Below are positions 63,405 to 64,000 of a DNA stretch of 64,000 nt, one piece after another. Each line of letters begins with the position of its first letter. Positions within the stretch are counted from its first letter, which is position 1. This DNA is from Lama guanicoe (taxonomy: Eukaryota): NCBI GenBank assembly GCA_013239625.1, contig MU053376.1, positions 2,468,507-2,532,506 of the forward strand. Reading direction: 5' to 3'. A program made the position numbers and the translations under genes. The notes beneath the pieces are model-generated. The model was given only the letters and a program-made list of their open reading frames with translations, did no database searches and was not told where the DNA came from.

Positions 63405-64000
63405 GCCTAGGCAATGTTCTAATCTCCTTTTTTACCAGTGGGTTTGAGGGAGAGGGTGGGCAGAAATAGTCCCTATGCAGAAGAGCTTTGCATGATGCTG
63501 CAGGTTATCTTTGTTGCTGACAAGGTCACCACCTCCGGCAGCCCTCAGTCAGTGAGCTTGGTGGGCTGGTTTTGTGGTGTGGGGCTGAGCTAAAGCCTAA
63601 AGCTCCAGTTGCCAGGACTGGACACCCAATATATATTCACTTAGGGCTGGGGTGCCAGGTCCTGGGAGCCAGGCAGTGAGTCTTCCCTCTTTTCTGAAGC
63701 AGAAGGAAAAGGGGTGAAGTCAGGGACCAGCATGTTGACCCTCACAAGCTGGATGATGGAGAGCTGACTTCCTGCTCTGACTTGACTTCTACATCCAACT
63801 GCCTTGCGCAGGGACCCTGCCAACTGGGACAACTGAAGGAACACAGAGCAGAACCACTGCACTGATCTGGTTCTCCTCTCCGGACTCCGCCACACTGCAC
63901 TGACCTGAGCCCCACTTGGAATTCCTACTAGACTCAACATGCCACCGTGAAATAGTCATGTGGGTGAGGCCCCGGCACAGCTGAGTAGCTTTCTGCTTGC

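Overview
Mammalian genomic DNA, almost certainly a camelid, judged from eight copies of a tRNA-Ala-derived SINE of the vic-1 type. Two protein-coding genes lie on the minus strand in the order known from the human 1q32 PIGR-FCAMR-C1orf116 block. FCAMR (Fc alpha/mu receptor) has coding exons at about 2.6-10.5 kb. C1orf116/SARG has coding exons at 54.5-59.4 kb and an intact 612-aa ORF; its non-coding exon 1 was not seen. The ~40 kb between them is mostly old transposable-element DNA: a decayed ERVL gag-pro-pol, solo LTRs, MER21-like LTRs, MLT1, L1 3' ends, L2/MIR/CR1 and hAT elements, plus candidate CTCF and GRHL/CP2 sites. I found no new multi-gene system. The most interesting signal is that this FCAMR looks remodelled relative to the human and mouse proteins (compared from memory). 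The exon between leader and Ig domain is frameshifted and has lost its GT donor. The leader Met codon reads ACG. The IgA/IgM-binding CDR1-like loop has changed from SVNRH to LINSH. A 1-nt deletion truncates the cytoplasmic tail. The Ig, stalk and TM exons remain open with canonical splice sites. Repeat family names are by-eye calls and their boundaries are approximate.
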